From positions 277,556 through 323,990 of the forward strand of contig WELA01001340.1 in the NCBI GenBank assembly GCA_009602735.1: a stretch of DNA of 46,435 bases, given 5' to 3'. The position numbers and the translations under genes are program-made. Below the pieces are notes generated by a model that did no database searches, had not been told where the DNA came from, and saw only the letters and a program-made list of their open reading frames with translations. The stretch comes from Mesotaenium endlicherianum (lineage: Eukaryota). Positions 22,631-36,619 of this stretch are shown one piece after another; position 1 is the first letter of the stretch, and every line of letters begins with the position of its first letter.

Positions 22631-24868
22631 ATACACACACACACACACGCGCGCGCGCGCCCATGCACACGCGCCCCCACACTCTTACACAGTCACACAC
22701 TCGTATGTGCACTCTTAGACACACAAAAAAGGTGTGTATCAACTTATAGCCAAGCATGCACACGTGAAAATGGACATACACATACGAGTGCAGACGCAGA
22801 CATCAGCCGCTGTAGGCCCTGTCTGCCGCATGCGCTTCACGCCAAAGGCGGAACTGCACTTGCTTGAAAGCCAATTGCCACTTGTCTCGTGGGCGAAAAA
22901 TCTCCGCATCCTGCTCACTCAACCGAGGCATCGCACAACGCCCAGCGCGCACTTGCTTGAGCAATGCATAGGGCACGCGTAAACCATAGGACACGTGCCC
23001 GGCGCACGCGCGATGCACGCCGCTTGACGCTTGCCTCGCGCCCGCGCGTGCATGTGCAGGTGCCGCGTGGTCGTGGTGGAGGGCAACTACCTGCTGCTGG
23101 ACGAGGACAAGTGGCGAGACCTCGGAGGCCTGTTCGACGAGCGCTGGTGATTGCTTGCCCCCCCCTGTCCCTCCTTTCCTCCCCACGCCGGCGCCCCGCC
23201 TCTCTGCTAGCCTCCCTTGTGGGCCGTCTGGGGTACCTGTGGTCTCTGTGGAATACGCAGGAAATACATTTCAGGGTTGAGTTCATACTGGAGAATGCCA
23301 AGTGGGCCTGGCTGTGGTCCCTGTGGGGATCGTGGGGGACACACGTCAGGGACAGGTTCACACTGGAGCATATTTACCAGTTCCAAGTGGGCCTGGGCAA
23401 TGATGCCTGCTGTCGTGCTTTTGCGTGCTGTCCTGTGCTGTGCCTTACCCTGGGGGCCAATGCGACATGCTGATGGGCTGCTGCTCGTATTGTGCGTGTC
23501 TCCTCTGTAATCGCTCGGGAGGGGGTGCAGGTATCTGCACGTGGATCTGGACGAGGCCATGAATAGAGTGGAGAAGCGTCACATTTCCACGGGTGAGACA
23601 TTTCTTTGCATCCCCCCCCCCCCCCGGGGGGGCTTGTTTTTGTGCTTGCAGGATGGTGCTGGCAGCTTTTCTCTAGCTGCAGTGCTCACTCTGCGCGTGT
23701 AGCTGTGGCTTTCTGTGGTGTGGGTGCGGCTGTGCTCTGCGCGGGCTGGAGGCCTCCGTTGACTTGTTTTTGGTAGTAGTTGATAGCGTTGCTTCTGTTC
23801 CTCACAGACGAGAATCTTTTCTCATATCTGCAGTCGATAGGGACTAGACTTTTTAAGTTGATGTTACCTATATACGGTGTACAAGGAAATACGGCATCGT
23901 ATGATGTCAGCGCCTTGTACTCTCTGAAGTACCGTCTTTGCAGTCTGCTTGCTGGCGCTGAGCGCGTGCTGCCATTTGTCGAGCCCTTGCCGCTTTTGCC
24001 CACGGCTGCACAACGTGCATAGCGGGCGGCCAGCAAATCCGGTGGCTGACTCCACTCGTGAAGTCAGAGGACCCCGAGCTCCTGTATCCCCTTTACTTTG
24101 GCTGACGTGAAGTCAATCAGTGCTGCAAAAGGCCGTTCTCTTACGTATTATCCTGCTGCATTGTGCTTCTGCTCTAACCTTTGACTACAAGGCAGGCAGT
24201 GGGCTGTGACCGCGCATATACCTGAGAGTTGCATGGTTGCGAGAGAGGACGCAGAAGCTGCCACCTCACTGCTATGGTACTTGTTGAGGGAGGGGGGGTG
24301 GGGGGAATATAATACAGGCAAGCCTGCGGATGTTGCCAAGTGGCGTGTGAGTAACCTTGACATGCCTATCTTGATTCCTCTCTTTGCGTGCTACCTCTGG
24401 TTCAAGGAGGACGCGTGCAGTAAGGTTGACTCGTCCAATGTACATTATCTTTTGTATCACGTGCCTCGTCGTATTTCTGCAACTTCCGTGTCCATCATGT
24501 GAAAGACTTGTTTAGTTATTTGAGGCTATATTCTGAAGGGCAATGCTTCTTTAGCCAAAGTTTGTGAGGCCTTCAAATGGTTAAGATCCTCCCTTGTAAA
24601 TATTTTTCTGGGTGTATGATTCTCATTTTACTTCTGGAATTGACCTTGTGAATGTGGTGCACCTGTATCACTATGCATTTTGAAAAGAAATTGTTGCTGA
24701 AGTATCGTGTGCAAATTATGATTGCAAAAATTGCCTCTGATGCTACTTGTCTTTTGCTTCTTCTCTTCTTTGTACGGGCAGATATCATACAACGATCGAC
24801 CAAATGCGGAGCTTGTGGCAAAGAGCAGCCAGCATGCCGACTTGATCATTGAGTCTATTAGAACATAG
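19120..24868 (+). CDS. P-loop kinase of the uridine kinase/PanK-like YggC (FrcK)/YFH7/At1g03030 family (~237 aa from the ATG at 19120; N-terminal transit peptide may extend upstream). Exons 19120-19190, 19619-19832, 20494-20524, 21251-21309, 22067-22140, 23060-23146, 23531-23592, 24318-24346, 24782-24868
   Basis: Nine GT-AG exons total 714 nt in frame: MGEIYDALAARL..., ALAGPPGAGKST (Walker A), VPMDGFHLYR, DPKEAHARRGAPWTFD, PSFNHGVGDPVEDDI, VVVEGNYLLL, FDERWYLHVDLDEAMNRVEKRHISTGKPADVAKWRISYNDRPNAELV...*. Confidence 0.95.
21800..21930. repeat. Degenerate (AT/AC/GT)n microsatellite in kinase intron 4
   Basis: Runs of atatac, acacac and gtgtgt. Similar tracts occur at ~12388-12480, 22576-22660 and 41188-41250. 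Confidence 0.85.
22367..22575. other. Assembly gap in kinase intron 5
   Basis: Run of N between a duplicated cagtgttcatcatcccctctc unit and (CT)n. Confidence 0.99.
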
Positions 24869-27800
24869 TATGTACATTGAGATTTGTGGCAGTTGTTCTT
24901 TCCAAAACCGACAAAACTTGTGCAACGGTTTTCTGCACTTGGATTCTGTGGACAGGTTGATTCCAGAAAATTGGAAGTGACACCGTGAAACTTTATACGT
25001 GCAACTTGCGAGCTTTATGAAGCTTAATCTATGCTTGTTGCTAAGCAACAAAGATCGTTAGCCATGTGTTTCAAGACAAATCTTGCCTAGGGCAACCGAG
25101 TAAAGAATCCCAGCGTTGTATTACCTTGGATTCAAATTGTATCGTGCAATTTAGATGAAGGACCAAAATGCAGATTAGTTGCTCGTCAAATTATCGTGAT
25201 AGTATATGGTAATCTTGTATATCACAAAGAAAACCTATAACGGATGTATACAATGAAAATACAAACACAAGTGCACTTATTTGCATGGGCAAACCACATT
25301 TATGTGATGAATTTTTTTGGACTGCCCATACGGGTTTTCAGTTGCACCGAGTATTTGTGACTCTCGTTAAATGGGAGATTAAGCTCATTCAAGACATATT
25401 GTATAAGCATGTAATGCTTCTCCACTGATTGCTGCAGTTTATTGAAAGGGCAAATTTAGGTATGCGGGTCCAGAACTTAGCGTTGATCGGGCATCGTTAA
25501 ATACAGCATGGCTAGGTCTATGGAGGAGCTTATACTTATCACAAGCAATAAAGTGCTCCATTGTCAAGCATAGCAACGGGGAAATTGCATTTGGACAAAC
25601 GCAAAGCTAGGCTAGACATGACAACTCAGAGTTGAGCAAGTTAACGGAAAACCGCATTATCTCAAATGCTATACATATAATTTGTCAACACGCATGTGAA
25701 CACTGTAGTCCAATTTTATTGATCAATGTTGAGTCTTGTCAAAAAATATGCCACTTCGAGATTTGTGACCATATAAATTACACGCATTTGCATCAATACA
25801 TGTATTAGGAAGCGTAATGTGCGCACATGTGACTTGCATATGAAGCATACAAGAAGAAAAAAAATCCGGGTTGTAGGTGGTTCTCGAGAGCCCAAAATAA
25901 AATCTACAGTTTGCCTTTGCCCCGTAGGGCGGGCTTGGTTTTTCCGGAAGCCATGTATATTAATCCCTCATAGGATGACCTCTGCGGGTAATAAACAATT
26001 GAGTGATTCACAATTCCTCAGGAATTTTCATTTGGGTGTCATGGTTCCTGTCCTCCGCTGTCCCCGTTTGCAAATGACAAAATTTTGAAACTTCGAAATT
26101 TTGGATGTAGGAGGTTGACCAACACACGTTGTATCGGTACTTGTGACATATGTGGGACTACGTAAAAATTACGTAATACTTTTACTCGTATTTGTGAACA
26201 CGTAAATCTTTATTTCAGTACTAGGTACTCTAAAGTTTTCTAGATTGGGTTTTTGCCCTCACACAAGAACACTGTCCACCGTCACAATACTAGGCTAGAG
26301 TCGGGAGCAGTTTTTTGTCGACAAATCGTCTGACACATTGGCTCCCATAGCGGAATTAGTGCCAAATACAACACAAGTGCACATGGCTTGACCAACATCT
26401 CTTGTGATTTGAAGACCCAAAGTAACTATTTATCCGTTGATAAACCAACAAGGGCGCCAGTCACGTATATGCAACTCGAGACCATGCATTGGCACGCGCA
26501 CTCGTTGGGGAGACGCGTGTAGACACAAGTGTTGCTTCAAGTAAGTACAAAATTGCCATTGGTCTATTCAACCATTTGTGATAGGCGATGTTGACTATGG
26601 ATAAAAAAATCAAAACTCTTTTTGAAAAGGAGGGCTATGCCAGTGCACTTTGCATTTATACACAACCATTTATATTTAGGATTGGAATAATTTGTTGCAC
26701 TTTTGATCCCAAGGTGCTCATAGAAGCAGCACACTAAGCATTGAAAAGCAAGCCTATTGTACGTATTATCCAACTTGTTGCACAACTTGCAAAAGAAAAG
26801 GCATCGTACTGCCCATGTGTATGTGCACATTGCAAATGACTCATGGGTGCATCAAAGCAAGCAAATTAACAAACTCAACAGCTTTGCTTATGGGTATCTA
26901 TCCCACATGGGTATATCAATGTAAATACTAAAATCTTGGCACCTACTTTCAAATCTTTGCGCACGTACAACCGAGGGGGAAGTGAGATTGGATACTCAAA
27001 TCTTTGACAACAAGGGAGATTTGTGAGTAAGCCTAATTGGGGTGCAAAATCAAAAAATCACAAGCCTAATCCAACTTGGACCTCTGAAATAAAATTTAAC
27101 CAACGGCAAACAAAGACAAAAAGCATCTTAAAAAAAGGGTTGAAGGACGGCAAGCATTGAAAAACTATTTTTTTGTGATTTCAAATGATGATGGGGGTTT
27201 TTGCACCTCAACCGTAAAAGGTAAACAAGAGGTAAGATTTAAAACCTTGTTGTTTTTATGTCTCTTCATGAATGGTTCGTGCAAAAACAAATTTGTAGCG
27301 TACAACCTGAAAAGTTTTCTTCAATGATGTACATTTTTGGCAACTTGTAAAACTTGTGCTTGAGAAAAAATCGCAACATGACTAACATCCACACGAGTTT
27401 GCAAGAAGAAAATCAATGAAAAGAAGAAAAAGTAATCCTTACAAATTTAAAAAGAACAAGCGAGGAACTTAACCGGCAAAAGTCTATGTTTTCATTTCTT
27501 GTCTTGACATAGTATTTAACACAATCAATCTCGAAACATTGACAAATCCCATTCAGACTAATTTTGTGAAAATGATGAAGTAAATTCCTATATAACGCTA
27601 TATTCGCTAAATATACTAGTGATAAGCTCTCCAAAAATCATCATTTGAATTACAAACTCAAAATTAATTAAATGATTATTGATTATACCGTACACTAAAA
27701 TACACATGAACAACATTTAATGTATCTATGAGTATCAGAATTTGAGTGATTTCAAAAGGACGTTTACGTTCACCAAATAGACAATTTTCAGAAATTGCCG

Positions 27801-28789
27801 GCAAGTCCAATTTTTTTTTACGAATAGAAAAGTTTATGATCCAAAATTGTTCAATTGACCATGTAAATTCACAAAGTTGGAAAGTTACTGGAGCTTGACT
27901 CTTATTAAAACAAGTTTTAGTCTTGTCAGTTCACCTCACCGTTTTATGGCTCAGTTGACTAGTCATTTAATTCGATTACTCAATGATGTATGTTAAGTTT
28001 AGTCATTAATGAATAATTATATTAAATCTAGCTAGTCCAACTATATTATTCACACTAGATTAAACTTGTCAGATCAAGTCTCTGGCTCAGTTGCACCCTC
28101 GTTTCACCCTCATAAGTAAATTTGTCATTTTGGTATAGGCTTAATGAACAAAAGAGAATTAAAACTTTAAACTTGCGGATCAGTGACAAGCCAAAACAAG
28201 ATCATGTCAAATCTTGATTTACTCAGATGAATGAAATATTAAATATATTAAATCTTAAACTGAAGAACTATTAAGATAAACATATCTTTGACTTAATCAA
28301 ATTCGTTGATTGACTGTCAATTATACTAGATTTGGCTAATCCAAATATTACTCCAAATTAAACGTGTCAAAGTAATATTTTACATTGTTGCACTGATCAC
28401 TTATCAAACTCAAACTCAAAAAATTACTTCATCATTTCATATAGATTCATTGAACAACAGAGCATTGACACTTAGATGTAAACTAGTTCATTGGTGACAA
28501 GCCAAATCAAAGTCATGTCAAAGTTCGATTTATTTAAGTGAATGAGGGATTAGATCAAGTGAATGATTGCTAAGATAGACATTGACTATTAAACGAGTAC
28601 TATGTAAGTAACTATCACAAAAAGTTTGAGCAACTTTTTGAAACACAAGATCTTGATTCTTCAAAAAGTTAATCAAGTGAATTTTTGCTATCAATTCATA
28701 CTAATCCATCAAAAGATCCTTACATGTAGAATTTCAGATTTTTTTACTTGTAGTACAGAACAACCTATTTAAGTATGGGAGGTACTACA

Positions 28790-31700
28790 CAACATGGTAT
28801 CAAAGGCATCATTGCAGTAAAGTTTGATGGTTTTACTTTCAGCATCAAAGGTTTGAACTTAGAACTATGATGCACCCGGCTGATTTGTGGGTCCATCTCA
28901 ATGAAAATCTTCAAGTCTCTCCTCCGGCCCTGGCCCCTGCATATATTCGAAACAAATTCATCAATATTACTAATTTTGTTGTTATTGTCCTTGTAGCTAG
29001 CCCTTTTGCAGCATCTTTTGACATCATTCGTAAATTTGATGAGCTTATACGTGCTCGGAGAACTTTGGTTACTCATTGTGCTTCTAGTAATGTTTTCTTA
29101 ATGCGACTCTACAATTCAGAGATAAATTGTATGAGAAAGCAAAGTCATGAATTAATGAAAGTTTAAGTTTTCCATTTCAAGGCTAATCTTGTCAGTCTCA
29201 AAGTTATCAAAGTTGAAAGTACTAATTCAAAAATTATCTTAGTATTTGTGAGAGGCCTACCTAATCAGCCACTTCTTAATCTTTCGTTGACCGTTTTGAA
29301 GCCTGAAGACCATGATTTCGAAGACACTACAATTTCTGAATAATAAAATGCGATCAAAAAATGGTTATTGAGACAATACAAGAACAAGTATCTTAAGTCA
29401 AGTCATCTTCTTCATTTCCTATGTCAATTGTTTCTCAATATCTGGATGTTCAAATCAAACACTCTCCCTCTCATTCTAGAACAACTTAAAACTTATTATG
29501 TATTCTGCAAGCATAATGGGTACATTAAAATAGACTTGTTCAAAGCTTGCTGTAAAGGCTAAGAATTATTCTTTCAGCTGGCTATTACAGACAGGTAGCT
29601 TTGAAGACTCATACATCTCATTTTCAAATCATATTTTGATTGTATCTCTTCTCCTCGCCGACACTCAAGGTTATATTACTGGATTTCTAAACTTTGGTGT
29701 CTCTGGCCACATGTGCCATGATAAAGAGTAATTTCAAACTTTGTTAACACTTAATTTTGCCCAACTTGTCACCCTAAGCAATGGACCCAAGATTTATCAT
29801 TTTGAAAGTTTTGGCCACGTGTGGCACGTTAAAGAATAATTTCAACTTTGTCAATACTTACTTTTCCCAATTTCTTATCCTAAGCAATGGATGCATAAAT
29901 TATAACATCATTTTGGCAAAAACGTTGTCAATTATTATGACTCACATGAAATCTCCGTAATGTTTTTTTCATGAGATCCTCTATATTCCTCAATTACCTC
30001 AAAACCTCTTCAATGTCGTTCTAACAACTCTTCCAAGAGCACAAATGGCATTTTTTAATAGTACTTGTTCTCTTTTCAATAACAAATATTATATATTTTG
30101 CTAATAGAAGAAGACGTTTGTATGAGCTACAATGCAAAAGTCAAAGAAGATTACAATCTATTTCCCATGCTTCTCCACAAGAAATTTTTCTAACTAACAC
30201 ATTTGCTAATTTTCATCTTTGACATCGCAATCTATGATCAGCAGTCTTTTCCTTTGCTACAAGTTTCAGTACCATCAATTAGTAACAGGCTTACTTTTAG
30301 TTGTCTGCTAATCAACTCCCTCTCCTTCTCTTTGCTCTTCATGCCAATAAGGTAATCTCTTTGCTCTTCATGCCAATAAGGTAATTAAAGTGGGACACCT
30401 TCTTTTGCTCATGCTACACAAAAACTAAACGACTTCTAGCTCTATTTATTTTGACATGTCAGATTTACTGTAATTACAACTGTAGGAGACAATAGATACT
30501 TCATCAACTTTTTGTACGATTGCACTTTTGCATTACAATTGTTGCCATGCTCAGGCACAAGTATAATGCTCTTCAAGCCACGCAAGTAGGCACTGCCCTA
30601 ATTGAGAACATTCATGGCAACATCATCAAGGAATTTCGGCTTCACAATTGAGGAAAAATTGATGCTTACAGACAAGTATTCATCATCAATATACAATTTT
30701 GTACACATCCCAATATTGAATGGTAGTATAAAGAAATTCAACTGAGCAATTCAAGGGCATGCCAAAGCCATGTCAAGATTGATGCCCAACTACGTTCCAA
30801 TTTTTGGGTATAAGCACTTCAAACATCAGCTTGGCTTATTTTGATATTTTCTTTCTATCTTCTTCAAGATTAAACAAAGTTTGTTTAGAGTCAAATTTTT
30901 AAATGCTATCTTTGTTCTCTTGGATGCACCCCTAACTGTTAATTTTCAAGCATCAGCGATAAACAGATGAGTTTCTAGGTCTTGCATTTTTTATTTCTCT
31001 ACCCAAATAATTTATACCGCTGGGATCTCTTTCACATTCAGGATTTTAAAGAATCAATTTCAATAGTTTTTTCTCATATTAGCCCAACTCATCCTCTGAA
31101 TCTTCTTCAACATGATGAGAATGCCAGCTCAGCGATACCTACACTACATTATTAAAGCCATCAACTCCCCAAGACTCTGTTCCACCCAAATTTCTGAGAC
31201 TTTTGGCACCTACTTTCGAACAAATCCAGGAATATTCCTTGGTAATTAAACCTTCCTTTGAAGGTGCAACAAGAGCTGCTAATAAGCCTCTCAATATTTA
31301 CATATAATTTTATCCTACAGATATGACACAAGCTTATATTATGGCTTTTCAAAATAGTGCTACCTCTTTAGCTCCTACTTTTGTCAAATTGATTTCAATT
31401 GACGAGATGTTTCTCAGTAGAAACAAGCCATGTACTCTAAGCTCGAGCTTATTGCAATAATCATATCTATGACCTAGTTTTTTATTCAAATGCCAATTGC
31501 ATTCCAATCATGTGGCTCTTTGTGACAAAAAAAACTATCATGGGAAAATTTTTCAAACACGCTCGTTTAGTTTCTCATGGAAAAAGACAAATAGTATATG
31601 TTATGATGAGATTTTTGACCTAGTAGCCAAGTAAACTTCTTTGAGAATGCTCATGGTTCTTGCCTCCAGTCTTCATCTTACTAATTATTAGATACATATT

Positions 31701-31980
31701 TATACTGCCTTTTTCAGTGGCGAGATTGAAAAGGCAAGATTAACAAAAAGCCTTTCTCCTGCAGCCAGCAAATTTTTGATCCTTATGATCCAAACCATAC
31801 CTGTCGCCTTAATAGAAATCTTTATGGTCTCAAACAGGCTTCTAGGGCTTGATATATCAAGATTAAGCAGATTGTTTTGGACATGAATCTCGTTAAGAGT
31901 ACAGTGAATTCTTGTTTTTATTCAACTTTATCTTACAACTACAACCTGTTTGAAATTCTTTGTGTACATGCAATCCGTAC
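28790..31980 (+). mobile_element. Heavily decayed Ty1/copia LTR retrotransposon (internal region; RT truncated)
   Basis: LTR-end CAACA (to 28794) is followed by an iMet-type PBS TGGTATCAAAG (28795-). Relic motifs appear in copia order: FVRGLP (~29244), W..[D]FGVSGHM protease (~29680-29713), pre-integrase L*HR...SCQ*G, RT ARLVSHGKRQ (31561) and LYGLKQASRA* (31820). Many stops and frameshifts. Confidence 0.85.
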
Positions 31981-34663
31981 TCCCAAATTGAACAAAAATC
32001 TTCGTTAATTTGTAACTTTTGACGTGTTTCAAAGAAGATATTTTGTCATTGTGTGGGTCTTCATCATTTTCTTCCCAAGATATATGGACACAAGTCTAGC
32101 ACTACCACCCTGGGCGTGTTCTTGTCGTGCGCCTCGGTACGCACCTAATGCGTGTGGTTACAAATCAAATCCATTACTACATGCCACCATGTAACCTGGG
32201 GCACAGATAAGCTGTCAGGGTTGGGTTTGTAATGTCAGTTGTTTGTGGCTTGTCAGGTGTTTGTAGCGTATGGACGTCAATTTACTTGTCATCACAATAT
32301 GTGTCTCAATGGCGTTGGCCAAAACCACAAATGGGCTAGAACTTTCCACTCTTGACCGTGAAAAAATAATAGCCTCCGCGCTTGCCTGCGCTCCACCAAA
32401 TGTACTTCTTCACGTACTTAGCAGCCATTCTTTGTTTGGCATTCTTGCATTCATTTTGCAGGTACTCTAGATCGTCTACGAAATAAACTATGGCTGCTGT
32501 TATCGCTGATTGTGTTGTTGGATTACCGTGTGCAGCAATTGGATTAGCTGAAGTTGTTGTTCATGCTTCCTTTGTTGCTGATGCTAAAGTAGTTGCTGAA
32601 ACTCGAGTCAAGAAACAATTGATTTGTTTCTTGGCGGATAAAAACAAAAACAAAGAGACGCATTTCAACTCTTACTTGTAAAAATCGCAGAAATTCGTAC
32701 ATTTGGCAACAATTATTTGTAGCACCACAATTGTTAGATAGGCCCAAGGTAGGAAGCAGAGTAGTGCCTTAACATTAGTCATACTTTCTGGAATGATGTT
32801 GCTCAAAAGCATAAGCTTGACAATCCTAACAGTGCTTTGAAGCAATTACGGAGATGGACTACATCAGATTCTTTGTGTGCCGTCTGCCGCACGTGGAACT
32901 CTATGAAAGAAATGGTAAGTACTCAACAGCCGACATGAAATCAAAGAATTCTACATGTATATTTTGATATGTATATGTATTCAAGATATCTTAGTCAAAG
33001 GCATATATTTAATGTTGCAATTTTTTTGTGTAAGATTCCATTGAAAGCTTCTCACTTTCAACACAAACTAGGATTGTTTTTGAAGGAATGGAGCCTACAG
33101 GCGAAAGTAATTTCACCTCCATCAATGTCTAATTTCCATTGGTCAGTATATTGGTCAGTATTTGGTCACGTGTGAGTAGGCAATTTTAGTCTCCTGCCTT
33201 CATTTCAAAACAAAGAAGCTTCCGTAGTTCTCTCAGTTTGTCCTGCATGTACAATGTGCAACAAATATCAATCAAAAAAGGTAGACATGGGTCCGCATCA
33301 TAATTAAAAGCAAAATGTATGAGAACGGTATTGCAAAATGTATATACCCATATTTTCTATAGTGGGTCCAAGCATTGACAAAAACCAGAAAAATAGTTCC
33401 ATTTCCTTCTCAGCACCACCAGCAGCACCCTCTTTGAACTTGCCTCCTTACAGGACTTGACACGGCCAAGAGTAACTTGCCATGCATAATATTGAGCGCG
33501 TAAGACAACTTCTTTGCCATTCTTCCTTAACGTCCTTTAGCATATAAAGGGCCTTCATTCGCCATGGCCAATATTGCACATGACATCTTCCCATAATACA
33601 CCCACCTTGATCTTTTACAAGAAGTTCATGTCTAGAAATAAAGTATAAACATACAGTTCTCCTATTTTAATCATATTGACAGCCCTTTGCACAAACTGAT
33701 GCCTACAACAGCACATCAAAAGTTTAGTTTCACTCTGATTCTTGAGAGCTGAAGTGGATCACGAGTTGCTTTGATGCGCTACTTCCACATTCATGGTTAG
33801 GCTTTGGTTCATTTCCTCGAGAAATATTCAGCTGCTTCAAAAATGTCTGAATCTTCTCCTCTTTGAAACATAAGGTTTGATCCTAATATGAAGACATATA
33901 TTTTTCAAGTTATTCCTTCCATCAACAACCACAATTACAAACATTAAAATGGAAGGTAGTCAACACAAGGTAGGTCTTTGAAATACTCTTGGGGTATACC
34001 TAAATAAGCATAGCAAGAAAACATGACCATATAAATGAAGGCAGCTGAACAATTTCTTGTTGCCATCCACCATGCAAGAATGTTGATTGACCTTGCAAGC
34101 GGGGCAGTTGAAGTTGCTACAGTAATTCTTTGGAAACTTCACCTTGTACTGTGCTTTACACCACTCATGATATGCTCCATAGATAGAGTAAATTGATTTT
34201 TTTATCCTTTTGAGGTCAATATGAACAGAAGGAAGTGAGCACCTATATGGGTAAAGAATGCATGGAGGAGGTTATAAGTGTATAAACTAAACACAACATG
34301 AAGTATGTTATGAGTGTATAAACTGAACACAACATGAAGTATCTTTCAAAGAAGAATCACAATGGAAAGTGGAGGCATATGAAGTACTCACACGTTTTTT
34401 TAATTGCCATTGAAACATGCAATCTTCACAAAAGACCACAAAAATGTTCCGGGCGCAACATTCATGACATAATCACATAAAAGAAATATGTCTCAATCAT
34501 ATGCAATCACAAACCTCTTCGTAGTTTCAAAAATGAACTAAAATCAATGGCACTGACGGTCCTTTGTACATAGACATGAATACAGGTTCCACACTTGAAT
34601 GATCCCTGCAAGAAGCAATGACAAACATGTGAAGTATAAAATAAGTTATTGTTTAGCCTCCCA

Positions 34664-36619
34664 CACGGGCACAAAAGGGGCGGGCAGGTAGCAGACCTTC
34701 AGCTACTCGTCCGCCTCGGCACGGGCACGCAAAGAAGCATGCAGACATGCACAACAACACATAGACGTACAGGCTGCAAACAAGTAAAAACAGGTTGGCT
34801 CGCAACCCGCTACAGAATACCCGACAGAAACCAATTAGCATGCAATCTAGCAACCCACGCGATGTTCTCTGCGCAGCAGGCCTGGCATTGATGCCCAACA
34901 AAGCACGCAAGCATACTCACACGTGCACGACAACTTGTGAACCGATTGTCCAAGAAGGTGCGCAAAAGCATACAAAGATGCGCAAGTCGACGTACTCTAG
35001 CAAGTACTAGCAGCCCCGCGACACAAACATCAGGTCGCAACTCACTACCCCCGTGCACACATGCAGACGTTCCAGGCGATAACCTTCATCACGGATAGGT
35101 TGCACCATGCCAAATGAAAGCAGGCAGCGGCTTCAGCTCAAAGCACAACGGAGTACAAAAACGCTCTCGTACACGCGTACACTTTACAACAATAGTCCGA
35201 CATGCATGCACACGCATACACTAGAAAACATGTACACCCGTCATGTCTACTGCAGCACAAACTCATTATCTTGTGTCACAAGCCTGCAAGCAGTAAGGCG
35301 CAACTATGTGACAAATTGATCGTGATCATGCGCGCATGCACTTTCCGCAACAATATGCATCATTGACTTGCTGTCTTGGGCCACAGGGTTGCAAGTAGCA
35401 GGCCTCGACTAACTGGTCGCATGCAACATTTTCGGCGGGTAGCAAGCGTTGCAGCTGTGGGCACTGGCGCTAGCGCAAGCTGGCGTAAGAGCACTGGCTC
35501 GGGCGCTGGCGCTGGCAAAGGGCAGCGACGCTGGCTCTGGCACTGGCACCAGCGCCTTTGCCCGTCTAAGCATGAGCATGCAAGGAGCAGGCAGGCGGCA
35601 GGCCCACAGCAGCATGCTCGCCCGCCTCTACACTGGAACAAAAGGGGTGGGGAGGCAGCAGCAGGACACAATTGTCCCCTCACCTCAACACAGGCTCAAA
35701 AGGGGCGGGCAGGCAGTAGGCGTGCAGTTGTTCCTCCCCTCTTTTCTCCGATACAAACACGCAAATGGAAAGCATGGCACGAGCAAGCTTGCTGGCGCCT
35801 GCTAGTTGCAACCAACTTGACACGAGCATGCAAGGGGCAGGCATGCGACAGACCTGTAGCAGCCTGCTCGTCCCAACAAGAGCATGCATGCAGTTGCCCG
35901 CTTGTCCCTACATAAGCATGCAATTGTTAGGACACACTAGCAGATGACAGGTTTACAGTAGCCTATCCGACCCAACAAGAGCATGCATGCAACTGTTTGC
36001 CTGCCCCTACACAAGCACGCAAGGGGTGGGAAGGTAGTAGGCATATAGTCCCCCTCTTGGGTCTCGGATACAAACACAAAAATGAAAAGCAAGGGGCGGG
36101 CAAGTGCGTAACGGGCGGGCAGACATCTCTAACACAGACACACAAGGGGCGAGCAGGCAGAAGGCCTGCAATTGCCCGCCCTAATACAAGCCTGCAATCT
36201 GCCCGCCCTAACACAACCTTGTAATGGCGGGCATGCAGCAGGCCTGCAGTTGCTCGTCCGCCACGACACAGGCACGCAAAAGGCAGGCAGGCAGCAGTCC
36301 TACAACTACCCGCTTGCCCCGAGAGGAGCACGCAAAGGACGAGTAAGCAACAAGCTTGCAGCTGCCCGTCCGCCCCGACACAGGCACATAAAAGGTAAAG
36401 AAGCAGCAGGCCTGCAGTTACCTGTTACCTCCGATAAGCGAGCAGGCAATATGCTTGCAATTGCCGCCCACCTTGACACAAGTACGCAAGGGGTGGGCAG
36501 GTAGCAAGCTTGCAAGTGTCCACTTAATTCGGCACAGGCCCGTAAGGGGCAGGCAGGCAGCAGGCCTGCAGCAGCCTGCTCGTCCCAACACAAGCATGCA
36601 AGGGGCAGGCAGGCAGGAG
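34664..36619. repeat. Degenerate 56-bp palindromic minisatellite array (~20 recognisable units, mostly 35570-36619, plus 34664-34740)
   Basis: Unit starts at 34664/34720, 36267/36323/36379 and 36477/36533/36589 show an exact 56-bp period. Consensus is about CACAGGCACGCAAGGGGCGGGCAGGCAGCAGGCCTGCAGTTGCCCGCCCGCCCCGA. Confidence 0.85.

Noticed and set aside
27010..28145. Weak inverted similarity suggesting another MULE
   Set aside because: Identity is too low by eye and there is no TSD.
34664..36619. CRISPR-like interpretation of the palindromic array
   Set aside because: No unique spacers, the units are degenerate tandem copies, there are no cas genes, and the context is eukaryotic.
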